In this document: piece by piece, positions 37,101 to 47,452 of the stretch
Position numbering within the stretch: the stretch's first letter is position 1
How the letters are laid out: every line of letters starts with the position of its first letter
Assembly (NCBI GenBank): GCA_030591565.1
Contig: JAUVAU010000005.1
Location: 4,021-68,020 of the forward strand
From: Deltaproteobacteria bacterium
GTDB taxonomy: Bacteria; Desulfobacterota; Deferrisomatia; Deferrisomatales; BM512
Direction: 5' to 3'
Length of the DNA: 64,000 nt
Made by a program: the position numbers and the translations under genes
The notes under the pieces: model-generated
What the model was told of the DNA's origin: nothing
The model's input: only the letters and a program-made list of their open reading frames with translations
Database searches by the model: none

Positions 37101-38485
37101 CTGTCCCAGACCCGTCCTTTGCCCGTGAGGGCTTTCACGAAGGATTGCGACTTGGTGATCGTCTCGTCGTACTCACCCTGGGGGTCCGAATCGGCAACGA
37201 TGCCGCCGCCCACCTGGAAGTAGAGTTTATCACCTTTTTTAACAGCGGTGCGGATCGCGATGTTCAGATCGACCCTGCCGCTAAAATCCATATAACCGAT
37301 GGAGCCGCAGTAGACCCCCCTGGCGGTTGTCTCCAGCTCATCTATCAGCTCCATCGCCCGTACCTTGGGCGCTCCCGTTATGGAGCCGCCGGGAAAGGAG
37401 TTGCGGATGCAATCCATGATTGAGCGCGAGGGGTGGATACTGCCCGCCACCGTGGAGACCAGATGGTGGACGTTGGCGTAGGATTCGATCACCCGGAACT
37501 CGGGCACATGCACCGTGTTGTAGTCGCACACCCTGCCCAGATCGTTTCGCTCAAGGTCCACGATCATCACATGTTCGGCGGCGTCCTTTTCGCTCCCGGC
37601 CAGCTCTTTCGCAAGCTGTGCGTCCTCTTCCGGGGTGCGCCCCCGTGGTCGTGTGCCCTTGATGGGGCGAGTCTCGATGTAATCGCCGTCGATGAGGAGG
37701 TAGCGCTCCGGGGAGTTGGAGAGGACCGCGAAGCCGTCGGGGAAGAGGCAGCCGCCAAAGGGTGCGGGGCTGGCCTGGCGTAGCTTCAGGTAGAACTCCA
37801 CCGCCGAGCCTGTGTACTCGGTCTCGAACCGCTGAGAGAGGTTGACCTGATACACATCGCCCGCGGCGATATGCTCCTTGGCCTTGCTCACCGCGTCCAT
37901 GAACTCACCCGGTGTCCGGTTGGGGAGGAGGTCGTAATCCTTGACCGCATCGACATCGTCAGCCGGCTCGGCGGGGGGCGCCTGGCTCCAGAATTCAAGG
38001 TGTTTCGCGTCGGTCTCATCGACCCCGGAAGAGAGCGCCAGCTTAGCCTCGCCTATTTTGTGGTCAAAGCAGCAGACACTGTCGTAGAAGCCGAAATACA
38101 TCAGCGGCATACCCATGTCGTCTTCGGTCGTGCGGGTAATCTTTTCGATCAGCGGAAAGAGATCGTAGGAGAAGTAGCCCACCGCCCCGCCATTGGCCAG
38201 GGGGAAGGGAGCTGAATCTTCTACGTTGTACTTTGCGAGGAGGCGGTCCATCAGGGCGAAGGGGTGTTCATTGACGACCTCGCTCCGGCCCTCGCGGGGG
38301 TAGTCCAGTCGAATCCCTTCCCCGGTCGCGTGCACAACCAGGAAGGGGTCGCAGCCAACCAAGGACATTTCACCCAGCCGCCCCGGTCCGCCCTCGCCAT
38401 CGAGCAGAAACGGGTATTTTTCTTTGGAAGCGTGGAGCAGGGCTTTTGCCGGTGTCCAGCCTCCAGTGAGTTCAATTATCTTCAT
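37097..38485 (-). CDS. pabB: aminodeoxychorismate synthase component I (chorismate-binding enzyme)
   Basis: 'SPERYL', 'TRPIKGTRPRG', 'PGGSITGAPKVRAMELIDELE', 'RGVYCGSIGY'. No adjacent amidotransferase subunit. Confidence 0.85.
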   Translation of the reverse strand: MKIIELTGGWTPAKALLHASKEKYPFLLDGEGGPGRLGEMSLVGCDPFLVVHATGEGIRLDYPREGRSEVVNEHPFALMDRLLAKYNVEDSAPFPLANGGAVGYFSYDLFPLIEKITRTTEDDMGMPLMYFGFYDSVCCFDHKIGEAKLALSSGVDETDAKHLEFWSQAPPAEPADDVDAVKDYDLLPNRTPGEFMDAVSKAKEHIAAGDVYQVNLSQRFETEYTGSAVEFYLKLRQASPAPFGGCLFPDGFAVLSNSPERYLLIDGDYIETRPIKGTRPRGRTPEEDAQLAKELAGSEKDAAEHVMIVDLERNDLGRVCDYNTVHVPEFRVIESYANVHHLVSTVAGSIHPSRSIMDCIRNSFPGGSITGAPKVRAMELIDELETTARGVYCGSIGYMDFSGRVDLNIAIRTAVKKGDKLYFQVGGGIVADSDPQGEYDETITKSQSFVKALTGKGRVWDR

Positions 38486-40528
38486 CGGGTAGTTGCTCCC
38501 GGTATTTTAGGGTCGGCATTGTAAAGGCCGGTATTTCCGAGGGTGGTGTTTCATATTTGTAGTAGGAGCTCAACTCCTGCCAGGTGAACTTTTCGCGTTT
38601 GCATGGTTCGGTTGGCTTGCTCCCCTGTGCAAACGCGGCGAAACTCGTCAACTCGCAATCTTGACCCGCAAGGCCGCCCGACACAAGGTCGATTTCGGCG
38701 AAGGTTATCTCGCGGGGCACCGGCCAGGGTTTGGGTGTCCCATTGGCGGAGGAGGCGAGCATGACGTCTACCCAGATGGGGAGCGCGGCGACGCTGCCGG
38801 TCATCCCCCTGCCGATCGGCGTGTTGTCGTCGCGTCCCACCCATACGCCAAGCGCCAAGCGGCTGGAAAAGCCGATGAAGGAGGCGTCGCGCTGGTCGTC
38901 GGTGGTGCCGGTCTTGCCGCCCACGGGGAAGGGCAGGGCGCGGGCGCGCTTGCCGGTGCCATCCTCGATAACCGATCTCAGCATGTCGGAGGCGACGTAG
39001 GCGGTCTCGGGTGATAGCGCACGCCTTGGAGGGGTGGGCTGCTCCCAGATATTTTCGCCGCCGGGGTCGATGACCGCCCTGATCCGGTAGGGTTCGGGTC
39101 TCATCCCCCCCGTTGGCAGCGCCGCGTAGGCTGCGGTGATCTGGTACAGGCTCGACGAACCAACGCCCAGGGCGCTCGCCAGCCCCTGGCCCATGCTGCT
39201 CTTCATCCCCAGCCGCGTGACCACCGACTCCACCGAGGCCATGCCATATTTCTCCAGCACCTTCACGGCGGGGAGGTTGCGGCTCAGCGCCAGCGCCCTG
39301 CGGTAGGTGAGGAGCCCCTTGAACTTCTTGTCGTAGTTCTGCGGCTCCCAGAATTCCCCACGCCTTGCCCCCTGATATTTTGCAGGGGCGTCCAGAACCG
39401 TATCTGCCTGGGAAGCGCCATTTTCAAGGGCTGCGATGTAGACGAAGGGCTTGAAGGTGGAGCCCACCTGCCGTAGCGCCTGATAGCTGCGGTCAAAGCT
39501 GGACTCCTTCCAGTTCGCGCCGCCCACATGGGCCTGCACCGCGCCGGTTACTGGGTCCATCGCCACAAGCGCGGCCTGGATGGGAGAGTCCTCTTCGTGG
39601 AAGCGGGAGTCCACGGACTCGATCCCCTTGGCTACGGCCTTTTCGGCGCTGGATTGCAGCAGGGGGTCCAGCGTCGTGTAGACGTGCAGCCCCCCCTTGT
39701 AGGTCTGCTCATGGCCCAACATCTCCACCAGCTCGCGCCTGACCGCTTCCACAAAATAGGGTGCGGCGGCAGGGGGCTTCTCGGCTGGTTTCTCCGGGAC
39801 CGGCTGGGCGATGGCCTCTGTGGCTTCCTCACCCGTCACCCAGCCCAGCACCAACAGTCTTTTTATGACCGTGTCGCGCCGCGCCTTTGCATACTCCGGA
39901 TGTCTAAAGGGGTTGTACCTTGAGGGGTTTTTGGGTAATCCGGCCAGCAGGGCGGCGTCGGCCAGGGAGAGTTCCCCGACATCCTTGTCGAAGTAGGCCT
40001 TGCTGGCCGCCCCCACTCCGTAGGCGCCGTTGCCCAGATATATCTGGTTCAGGTAGAAGGTCAGTATCTCGTTTTTGGTGTAGAGCTTCTCGATCTGGAA
40101 GGCGAGGATCGCCTCGCGTATCTTCCGCTCGATAGTTTTTTCGGGGCTGAGGTAGAGGACCTTTGCCAGCTGCTGGGTTATCGTGGACCCCCCCTGGCGT
40201 TTTTCCATCGCTATTATGTCAACGAGCAGCGCTTTGAGGATGCGGCCGACGTTGATGCCGATATGCTCAAAGTAGCGGTGGTCCTCGATAGCCAGGACGG
40301 AGCGGATGAGAATCTTGGGCATCTCGTCCAGCTCCACCGGGGTCCGCTTCTCGACCGCGAACTCGGCCAGCACGCTGGAGTCGGCCGCGTAGATGACGGT
40401 GGAGGAGGGGGGGCGGTACTGCTCCAGCGCCATCACCTCGGGCAGCCCCTGGCTCAGTACGGTAACCCCGCCGCCTATGGCGCCGATGAGGACCGCCAGC
40501 ATGAGGACAATCAGGCCGGAGAGGAGCT

Positions 40529-40532
<4 letters not shown>
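38472..40532 (-). CDS. mrcA: penicillin-binding protein 1A (bifunctional transglycosylase/transpeptidase)
   Basis: GT51 'AIEDHRYFEHIG' and 'GGSTITQQLAK'. Transpeptidase 'GSTFKPF', 'SRN', 'KTGTT'. Confidence 0.9.
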
Positions 40533-41557
<1,025 letters not shown>

Positions 41558-41585
41558 CTATTCAATCCCTTCGCCGATGGCGAAT

Positions 41586-41924
41586 CTACCCGGTAAAATT
41601 CAAGCTCTCTTTATCCTTATACCTGCCCTGAAACACATGCCCCACAGTCGAATTACGGCGGTTTGTCTTCTGCGTAAACACACCGTTTAGCTGTCGCATC
41701 CCACTCGACAAATTACCCCGTGGCGTCTCCACCACAAGATGATAGTGATTTGTCATCAGGCAAAATGCATGACACACCCAGCCGTAACGCTCCAAAACCC
41801 CGGCAAACACCTCAAGAAACAATCTCTTGTCGCCATCGTTATAGTAAATAGCCTGCCTGCCATTGCCCCTCGACGTCACGTGATACAATGCCCCGGGAAA
41901 CTCAACCCTTAACTGTCTCGCCAT
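41586..41924 (-). mobile_element. IS200/IS605-like Y1 (REP-associated, RAYT-type) transposase gene, C-terminally truncated
   Basis: 'FPGALYHVTSRGN' and HUH motif 'LMTNHYHLVVETP'. The ORF stops right after 'VFQGRYK', where full-length homologues continue (112 aa only). Confidence 0.7.
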
Positions 41925-41954
41925 TGCATCCCCCCCGGATACCTCCTCACTGCT

Positions 41955-42038
41955 TAAAATTCAAGAATCAGGACCTGACCCCATCACCTCGCATCACCTC
42001 GTAAAATTCACAATTCAAGACCTGACCCCATCACCTCC
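41955..42038. repeat. two ~37-bp REP-like direct repeats ('taaaattca..gacctgaccccatcacctc')
   Basis: Copies at 41955-41991 and 42002-42038. A partial third copy 'gtaaaattcaag' lies at 41593-41604, at the other end of the RAYT gene. Confidence 0.7.
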
Positions 42039-42645
42039 CTGACCCCCTTAAATAAAGAAGGCTTGGTGACACTACAAGTAAACCTATAAGAAGAAAAAAT
42101 GGAGCAGCTATTAGAAAATAACTTAATGAAGCTCTTTTTAACGACACACCTTGGTTCTCCCTAATTGACAATAAAGCAAGAGCAATAGTCCAGAAATAAC
42201 ACAGATATCCTACCGCTAGCATAAATTGATTTGACAAAAAATTAATGGGGATAGAAACAAATTGATTTGACAAAAAACTAATGGGGATAGAAATAATTTG
42301 GGCGAGAAGCCCTATTACTGCTAAAGACATAAAGGATAGCAATAGAGGTCTAAGTCTTGCTTTACTTGAATGCCTTCTGAGGAGCAAAAAAAGCAAAAAC
42401 ACAAAAGCAAAAAAGGACATATAGGTTATCATTACCTGCACATATGGAGTAGTTAGTACCGAGAGCATACCGTCAAGCATTTTATCTTCAAAGACAACTA
42501 CAGCTTGCCCCTCTTTAAATAAACTTTTGGCAAATACAACAACAAACCCAATAGTAAATATTATTCTAATATCACGTTCATACTTTTCTATACTTTTAAA
42601 TAGAATACCAGGTGAAACAACTATAAATTTAATCAATTCTAACAT
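42031..42645 (-). CDS. multipass membrane protein, candidate Rhs-toxin immunity protein
   Basis: 204-aa hydrophobic ORF starting 1 nt after the Rhs fragment's stop codon. Strongly AT-rich. No recognisable family. Confidence 0.5.
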   Translation of the reverse strand: MLELIKFIVVSPGILFKSIEKYERDIRIIFTIGFVVVFAKSLFKEGQAVVVFEDKMLDGMLSVLTTPYVQVMITYMSFFAFVFLLFLLLRRHSSKARLRPLLLSFMSLAVIGLLAQIISIPISFLSNQFVSIPINFLSNQFMLAVGYLCYFWTIALALLSIRENQGVSLKRASLSYFLIAAPFFLLIGLLVVSPSLLYLRGSGR

Positions 42646-43557
42646 TTATTTGGCCTCTTCATAATAATGCATTTTCTGATTTTCATACGTTGCACCTATG
42701 TAATCATTGTAAGTTGGACTTACAACAAATGGAGTCCATTGGTAGAAATACTTAGCCCTGGGATCGTTAATTAGCATTACAGCTGGACCCATATTGTAAT
42801 GTTTCTTAAAATCCTGACTTATTACCCTAACTGCGCCATAATTATATTCATTATTTCTACTAGGATTATCGCAGTCAGGCTTCCATTCTTGTACCACATC
42901 GCGCTCTATACCAACCATCTGTTCAATATCTCCAAGCGGAATACCAGGTTCTAAACCACTTCCTATTTTTGCTGCAATAAAATTTAAAAAACCCAAAAGC
43001 CAGTTTTTAGCAGTGTGATAATCGTACCCTACCGTCACCCAAATTCGCCCTTCAGGATCACCGAATTTAACCGGTCTCCCCCCCGCATACACATACCAAT
43101 TCGCCCCGTCCCTCGCCGGGTTTACCCTCAAATACCTCCCCGTCTCCGAATCATAATATCTGTGGAAATTGTAGTGCAGCCCTGTCTCCCAGTCCTCATA
43201 TTGCCCGGGGAAGCGCAGGTTATTGGAGATGTAGATGCCGTCCCCGTCCGGGTCTTCGTCCGCTACCGTCTCCCCGAACGCCTCCGCTGTGGCCGCCCAC
43301 ACTACCCTGCCGGTGTCGTCGCTCAGGTACTTCGGCGTGCCAAGGTGGTCGTTGTGGTACCAGTAGTAGCTCCACGTCAAGCCGTCGTCCGGGTCGGTGT
43401 CTTCTTCGGCGCTGGACATGTAGAGCGGGATGGTGGTCCAGAGGCTGCTCGGCTTGTAGCCGTAGACCTTGGTCAGTTCACCCAGCTCGTCCAGCTCGGC
43501 CACAAGCCCCTCGTCGGCGTAGGCGTAGTAGGTTGTCACGTCAATGTCGTATCGCAT
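42646..43557 (-). CDS. orphan Rhs/YD-repeat core C-terminal fragment with variable C-terminal (toxin) domain
   Basis: 'YYWYHNDHLGTPKYLSDDTGRVVWAA', 'NLRFPGQYEDWETGLHYNFHRYYDSETGRYLRVNP', then the 'DPEGR' (DPxG) boundary followed by ~135 unrelated AT-rich-encoded residues. No upstream YD-repeat body; in-frame TGA 36 nt upstream of the ATG. Confidence 0.85.
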   Translation of the reverse strand: MRYDIDVTTYYAYADEGLVAELDELGELTKVYGYKPSSLWTTIPLYMSSAEEDTDPDDGLTWSYYWYHNDHLGTPKYLSDDTGRVVWAATAEAFGETVADEDPDGDGIYISNNLRFPGQYEDWETGLHYNFHRYYDSETGRYLRVNPARDGANWYVYAGGRPVKFGDPEGRIWVTVGYDYHTAKNWLLGFLNFIAAKIGSGLEPGIPLGDIEQMVGIERDVVQEWKPDCDNPSRNNEYNYGAVRVISQDFKKHYNMGPAVMLINDPRAKYFYQWTPFVVSPTYNDYIGATYENQKMHYYEEAK

Positions 43558-43847
43558 CTTTTTAAGCCGCTGCCCCCCCCCGGTCCTTGCTCACCGGGCT
43601 TTAACTGGTAGTCTTAATAGTGTAAAGGCTTTCGGTTGTTAGACAATATCAGATGAAAATCGGGCTGGGAAGGGACGATTATTGGCTGACTTTCGTTTGT
43701 TTGCTTGAAGGTGTCGGACGCCTTTGTTATATAAAGCCGGTACATTTTACCTAAACTGGACGATACATGTTCCCGGTAATCCGATTCCGGGTCGCAATTG
43801 AGGACTGGTTCCTGCGCGGGACGCAGCTCTGTTATCAAGGAGGCAAA

Positions 43848-44522
43848 ATGGCAGTCATCACTATTTCAAATCAGTTTGGAGCCGGTGGCCCCGAGCTTGG
43901 TCGTGAACTCGCAAGTCGTTTGGGCTACGATTATCTGGACAAAGAGATCATCCACAAGGTGGCTCTTGAGGTGAATGTGCCCGATGCGGAAGTTGCCGAG
44001 TTTGAAGAGATACACCACAACAAGCTGCGGAGCTTCTTTTCCACTATCTTCGATCTGGATGCCTTGAAGAAAAAAGCCCAGGTGGAGGAGGCGGAAAAAG
44101 CGGCGGAAGCCAAGTTTGACGATCGCGACTCGATTCCCTTCCAGTATCATGTGGATGGCTGGATCGACAGCGAGATATACAAGGGGATGATTACCAAGGT
44201 GATTAGTGCGCTGGGACAGAAGGGCAACGTCGTCATCGCCGGTCGTGGCGGTCAGCACATCCTCCAGGATTGCGAAGGTACCCTTCACATCAGGCTCGTG
44301 GGCAACCTTGAGGACAGGGTAGCCAGGATCGCCAAACACAAGGGACTCTCCAGCACGGATGCCAAAAAATTCGTCACGACCCTTGATTCACGCAGCCGCG
44401 ACTACCTGAAGTTCTACTTCGACTGCGATCCCGATCAGCCGAGCGTCTATGACCTCGTGCTCAACACCTCGCGCCTGGACATCGATAAGTGCGCGGATGT
44501 CGTCGAGGGACTTATCAAGTAA
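43848..44522 (+). CDS. cytidylate kinase-like family (AAA/P-loop) protein
   Basis: Start moved to ATG 43848 (AAGGAGG RBS). 'MAVITISNQFGAGGPELGRELASRLGYDYLDKEII' is typical of the Cytidylate_kin2-type family. Confidence 0.78.
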   Translation: MAVITISNQFGAGGPELGRELASRLGYDYLDKEIIHKVALEVNVPDAEVAEFEEIHHNKLRSFFSTIFDLDALKKKAQVEEAEKAAEAKFDDRDSIPFQYHVDGWIDSEIYKGMITKVISALGQKGNVVIAGRGGQHILQDCEGTLHIRLVGNLEDRVARIAKHKGLSSTDAKKFVTTLDSRSRDYLKFYFDCDPDQPSVYDLVLNTSRLDIDKCADVVEGLIK

Positions 44523-44568
44523 GGCAAGTAAGGCAAATAAGGCTGCGCACTACAAATAATTGAATAAG

Positions 44569-44606
44569 GGCTGCTACCGGTTAAGGTGGCGGCCCTTTTG
44601 TGTGTC
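44569..44606 (+). terminator. rho-independent terminator
   Basis: 11-bp stem GGGCTGCTACC / GGTGGCGGCCC (two G-U pairs on the plus-strand RNA), loop GGTTAA, then TTTTGTGTGT. Confidence 0.6.
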
Positions 44607-44655
44607 TGTATTTGGGGGCTGACGTTTTACGGTCGATATCTGGGGGGTGGCGACT

Positions 44656-44997
44656 TTAATGGTCGTCGGTGGGATCCTCGGGGGTGGTCGATATCCCGTC
44701 GGGCGCTACCAGTTTCGCATTTTTCAACTGTTTGACCTTCTCCACAAAGGATTTGCCGGCCGCTTTGGCTCCTTGCCCGATCTCTTTACCGAGCTCTTTG
44801 ACGCTCTTGCCGACCTGCTTGCCCGCCTTCACTGGTCCCTTGCCCGCAGCCTTAAATGCCTCTTTTACCTCTTTGCCGGTGGGCAGGATGCTTTGCTGCT
44901 CTGTTTCCGGTTTTTCTTCTGCGGACATGGCTGGTGTGCAGGGGGCCAGCAAACAGCTTGCCAGCAGTAATATCGCAAACGTTTTTATGTGTCGCAT
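44656..44997 (-). CDS. small secreted Lys-rich protein (unknown function)
   Basis: 113 aa; signal peptide 'MRHIKTFAILLLASCLLAPCTPAMSA'; Lys/Gly/Ala-rich mature part. Confidence 0.5.
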   Translation of the reverse strand: MRHIKTFAILLLASCLLAPCTPAMSAEEKPETEQQSILPTGKEVKEAFKAAGKGPVKAGKQVGKSVKELGKEIGQGAKAAGKSFVEKVKQLKNAKLVAPDGISTTPEDPTDDH

Positions 44998-45180
44998 TTA
45001 TAGTTCCCCTTCAAGTGAGTTGCAGTTGCCCCCCGATTATAGCAATTTTCCTCTTTTTTTGGGGCAAACTAGTGAAATTCTTAAAAAAAACATCCTGCAT
45101 GGTGAAAAATTTTGTAAACTTAAGCAAGTGAGGGGTGTTGGCGTACTTTTTTTGACTTTCCCGTTCCCACGGAGGTGGAA

Positions 45181-46038
45181 ATGAAATTGCGCTGGTTGAC
45201 GCCGATTCTTCTGGTTTCTTGCCTGGTCCCCGCGCTCTCGTTCGCTGCCGGTTCCACCATTTCCGAAGTGGATGGAAAGGCGTGCATGGGCTACGACAAG
45301 TCACGGCGGCAGACTGAGGATGAGGCGCTTGACGACGCCCGCAAAAAGGCGCTGGAGAGGGCTGCCGTTTATATCAGCAGCGAATCCACCTACGAAGATA
45401 TGCTGCTCAAAAAAGATATCTCGTCCGCCTACGCAAAGGGCACCGTGCGCGTCATCGAGGAGTTGGAGAAGCGGTGGTCCGAGGACAAACGGCTCGGCGA
45501 GTGTTACACGATACGCATCAGGGCCGAGGTTATCCCAGACGAGCTGGCGCTCAACCGGGCGATATCAAAATCCAGGACTTCACCAATAGATGACGCGAAC
45601 GCCCCCCTGGTCGTGGAGGCCAGGACCGATAAGGCCAGCTACCGCGAGGGGGAGCATATTCGCGTCTCCATAAGGGGGAACCGCTCTTTTTACGCGAGGC
45701 TTGTCTACCGCGACGCCGCCGGGCAACTTATTCAGCTCCTGCCCAACCCCCATCGCAAGGACAATTTTTTTCAGGGCGGCGTCTCCTACCAAATCCCCGA
45801 TGTTTCCGACAGGTTCAAGCTCAAGGTGGGTACTCCCTTTGGAGACGAGTCGATAACCCTCTACGCCTCGACCTCCAGGTTGGGCGATATCGATCTTAGC
45901 GCGCTGGGCTCCGTTTACGCGGTTGTCACCGACGGGGCCAAGGTGGGGAAACGTTCCCGCAACGTGAATGTGGGCAAGGGCACCTCAACCTCGGCGCAGT
46001 TTGCTGAAGCCAGCGCCGCGATAAAAACGGGGAGGTAG
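45181..46038 (+). CDS. secreted/lipoprotein DUF4384 domain protein with LPP20-like N-domain
   Basis: ATG 45181 with GGAGGT RBS. Signal 'MKLRWLTPILLVSCLVPALSFA' (possible lipobox LVSC). DUF4384-like 'ARTDKASYREGEHIRVSIRGNRSFYARLVYRDAAGQLIQLLPN'. Confidence 0.7.
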   Translation: MKLRWLTPILLVSCLVPALSFAAGSTISEVDGKACMGYDKSRRQTEDEALDDARKKALERAAVYISSESTYEDMLLKKDISSAYAKGTVRVIEELEKRWSEDKRLGECYTIRIRAEVIPDELALNRAISKSRTSPIDDANAPLVVEARTDKASYREGEHIRVSIRGNRSFYARLVYRDAAGQLIQLLPNPHRKDNFFQGGVSYQIPDVSDRFKLKVGTPFGDESITLYASTSRLGDIDLSALGSVYAVVTDGAKVGKRSRNVNVGKGTSTSAQFAEASAAIKTGR

Positions 46039-46044
46039 CCGAAA

Positions 46045-46596
46045 TTGAACCGCCGACCCCGCCTATTGTGCCGATCGCCCCGCGCCATCATCGCGGCAAT
46101 TGTTATAGCAACGTCGCTACTGGCTCCGTCGGCCTTTGCGCTGCCACGTGTGGGAGACAAGGCCCCGACCTTCAAGTTGCCTTACTATGACGACGCTGGC
46201 AGGCGGATCGGCTCCAGGGAGCTGTTCAAGGAGGGGGAGACCCTCGTCTCCTTCTTCGCCGTCTGGTGCAAGCAGTGCGAGGAGGAGATAGCGCTCTTTG
46301 GCGAGCTGGAGAAAAAGTATGGCGACAGGGGCTTCAAGGTCGTGTTGATAAGTCTGGACCGGCTGAGCGTCAACCGTCTGGAGCAATACCTTGACGAGAC
46401 CGGGGGCACCGAACTGACCGTCCTCTCCGACCTGCAGGGCAAGAGCAAGAGTGCCTATGGAGTCAACGTCCTGCCCACCAATCTGCTGGTGGGGGCGGAT
46501 GGCAGGATAATAGATATCTGGGAAGGCTACCTCCCCGGCAAGCTGGAGTGGCTTAAAGAGAGGGTGGGGCAGTTGACACCCCCGGAGAAAAGGTGA
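46045..46596 (+). CDS. TlpA/ResA-like periplasmic thiol:disulfide oxidoreductase
   Basis: Signal/anchor 'AIIAAIVIATSLLAPSAFA'. Thioredoxin-fold active site 'FFAVWCKQCEEE'. TTG start with GGGAGG RBS. Confidence 0.8.
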   Translation: MNRRPRLLCRSPRAIIAAIVIATSLLAPSAFALPRVGDKAPTFKLPYYDDAGRRIGSRELFKEGETLVSFFAVWCKQCEEEIALFGELEKKYGDRGFKVVLISLDRLSVNRLEQYLDETGGTELTVLSDLQGKSKSAYGVNVLPTNLLVGADGRIIDIWEGYLPGKLEWLKERVGQLTPPEKR

Positions 46597-47414
46597 TGAA
46601 AGGGTTTGGCGTGGCGGTTTTTGCCCTGGCGCTGCTCTTGTGTTCCGCAGCCGGTGCGCAGATGGAGGAGCGCACGGTTACGGTAAAGGGCGAGGCGATG
46701 GGTGGCCCCCACTCGACGCTGGCCCAGGTGCGCCGCGCGGCGCTGGATGACGCTCGCACCAGGGCGGTGGAGCAGGTCAGCGGCATTGCGGTCACCGCAG
46801 CCAACCTGCTCAGCATGGGGATAGAGCGGGCGCACTTTCTGCAAACACTTGCCCACGGCTATGTCGTGGCTGAAAAAGTGTTAAGCGAGCAGAAAGATTT
46901 TGTGGGAGAGGATAGACCGGGCGCCGCCTCGGGCATACGTTACAAGGTTGAGCTGGAAGCCACCGTGGCTGTGCCCCCAAAAGATGCGCAAAGTGTTATC
47001 TCTCTTGAGGCAAAGCTGAACCGCGCCAACTTCATTGAGGGAGACCGGGCGCACATAGGTGTCGAGTCCCATTCCAATGGCTACCTCTACATCTTCAACC
47101 TCACCGGGGATGACCGGGCGGCGCTGCTCTTCCCCAGCCCCCATCAGAGTGACAACCGGTTGACGCCGGGCAGGATCATCACCGTTCCTCCCATGGATTG
47201 CGGGGTCTGCCTTGAGATGGCGACGCTACCGGGAGAAGATGAGACGGTCGAGGCTTTCCTCGTCGTGGCTTTGGCGGAGGAGGCACAGCCGGGTGTGTTG
47301 CCAACCGTGGGTGAATACGTTGCGTTGACCGAGCTTTATTCCAGACTCACCAGACTGCCGATACACAAGGGTTATGTGGAGCCGCTGCCCTACGTTGTCA
47401 GCGTGAAGAAATGA
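46596..47414 (+). CDS. secreted DUF4384 domain protein (paralogue of 45181-46038)
   Basis: ATGA overlap with the TlpA gene. Signal 'MKGFGVAVFALALLLCSAAGA'. 'LNRANFIEGDRAHIGVESHSNGYLYIFNLTGDDRAALLFPSP'. Confidence 0.7.
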   Translation: MKGFGVAVFALALLLCSAAGAQMEERTVTVKGEAMGGPHSTLAQVRRAALDDARTRAVEQVSGIAVTAANLLSMGIERAHFLQTLAHGYVVAEKVLSEQKDFVGEDRPGAASGIRYKVELEATVAVPPKDAQSVISLEAKLNRANFIEGDRAHIGVESHSNGYLYIFNLTGDDRAALLFPSPHQSDNRLTPGRIITVPPMDCGVCLEMATLPGEDETVEAFLVVALAEEAQPGVLPTVGEYVALTELYSRLTRLPIHKGYVEPLPYVVSVKK

Positions 47415-47452
47415 GTTGCGTGTTGCGACGGGGGAGGGGTTGGAGGGTGACG

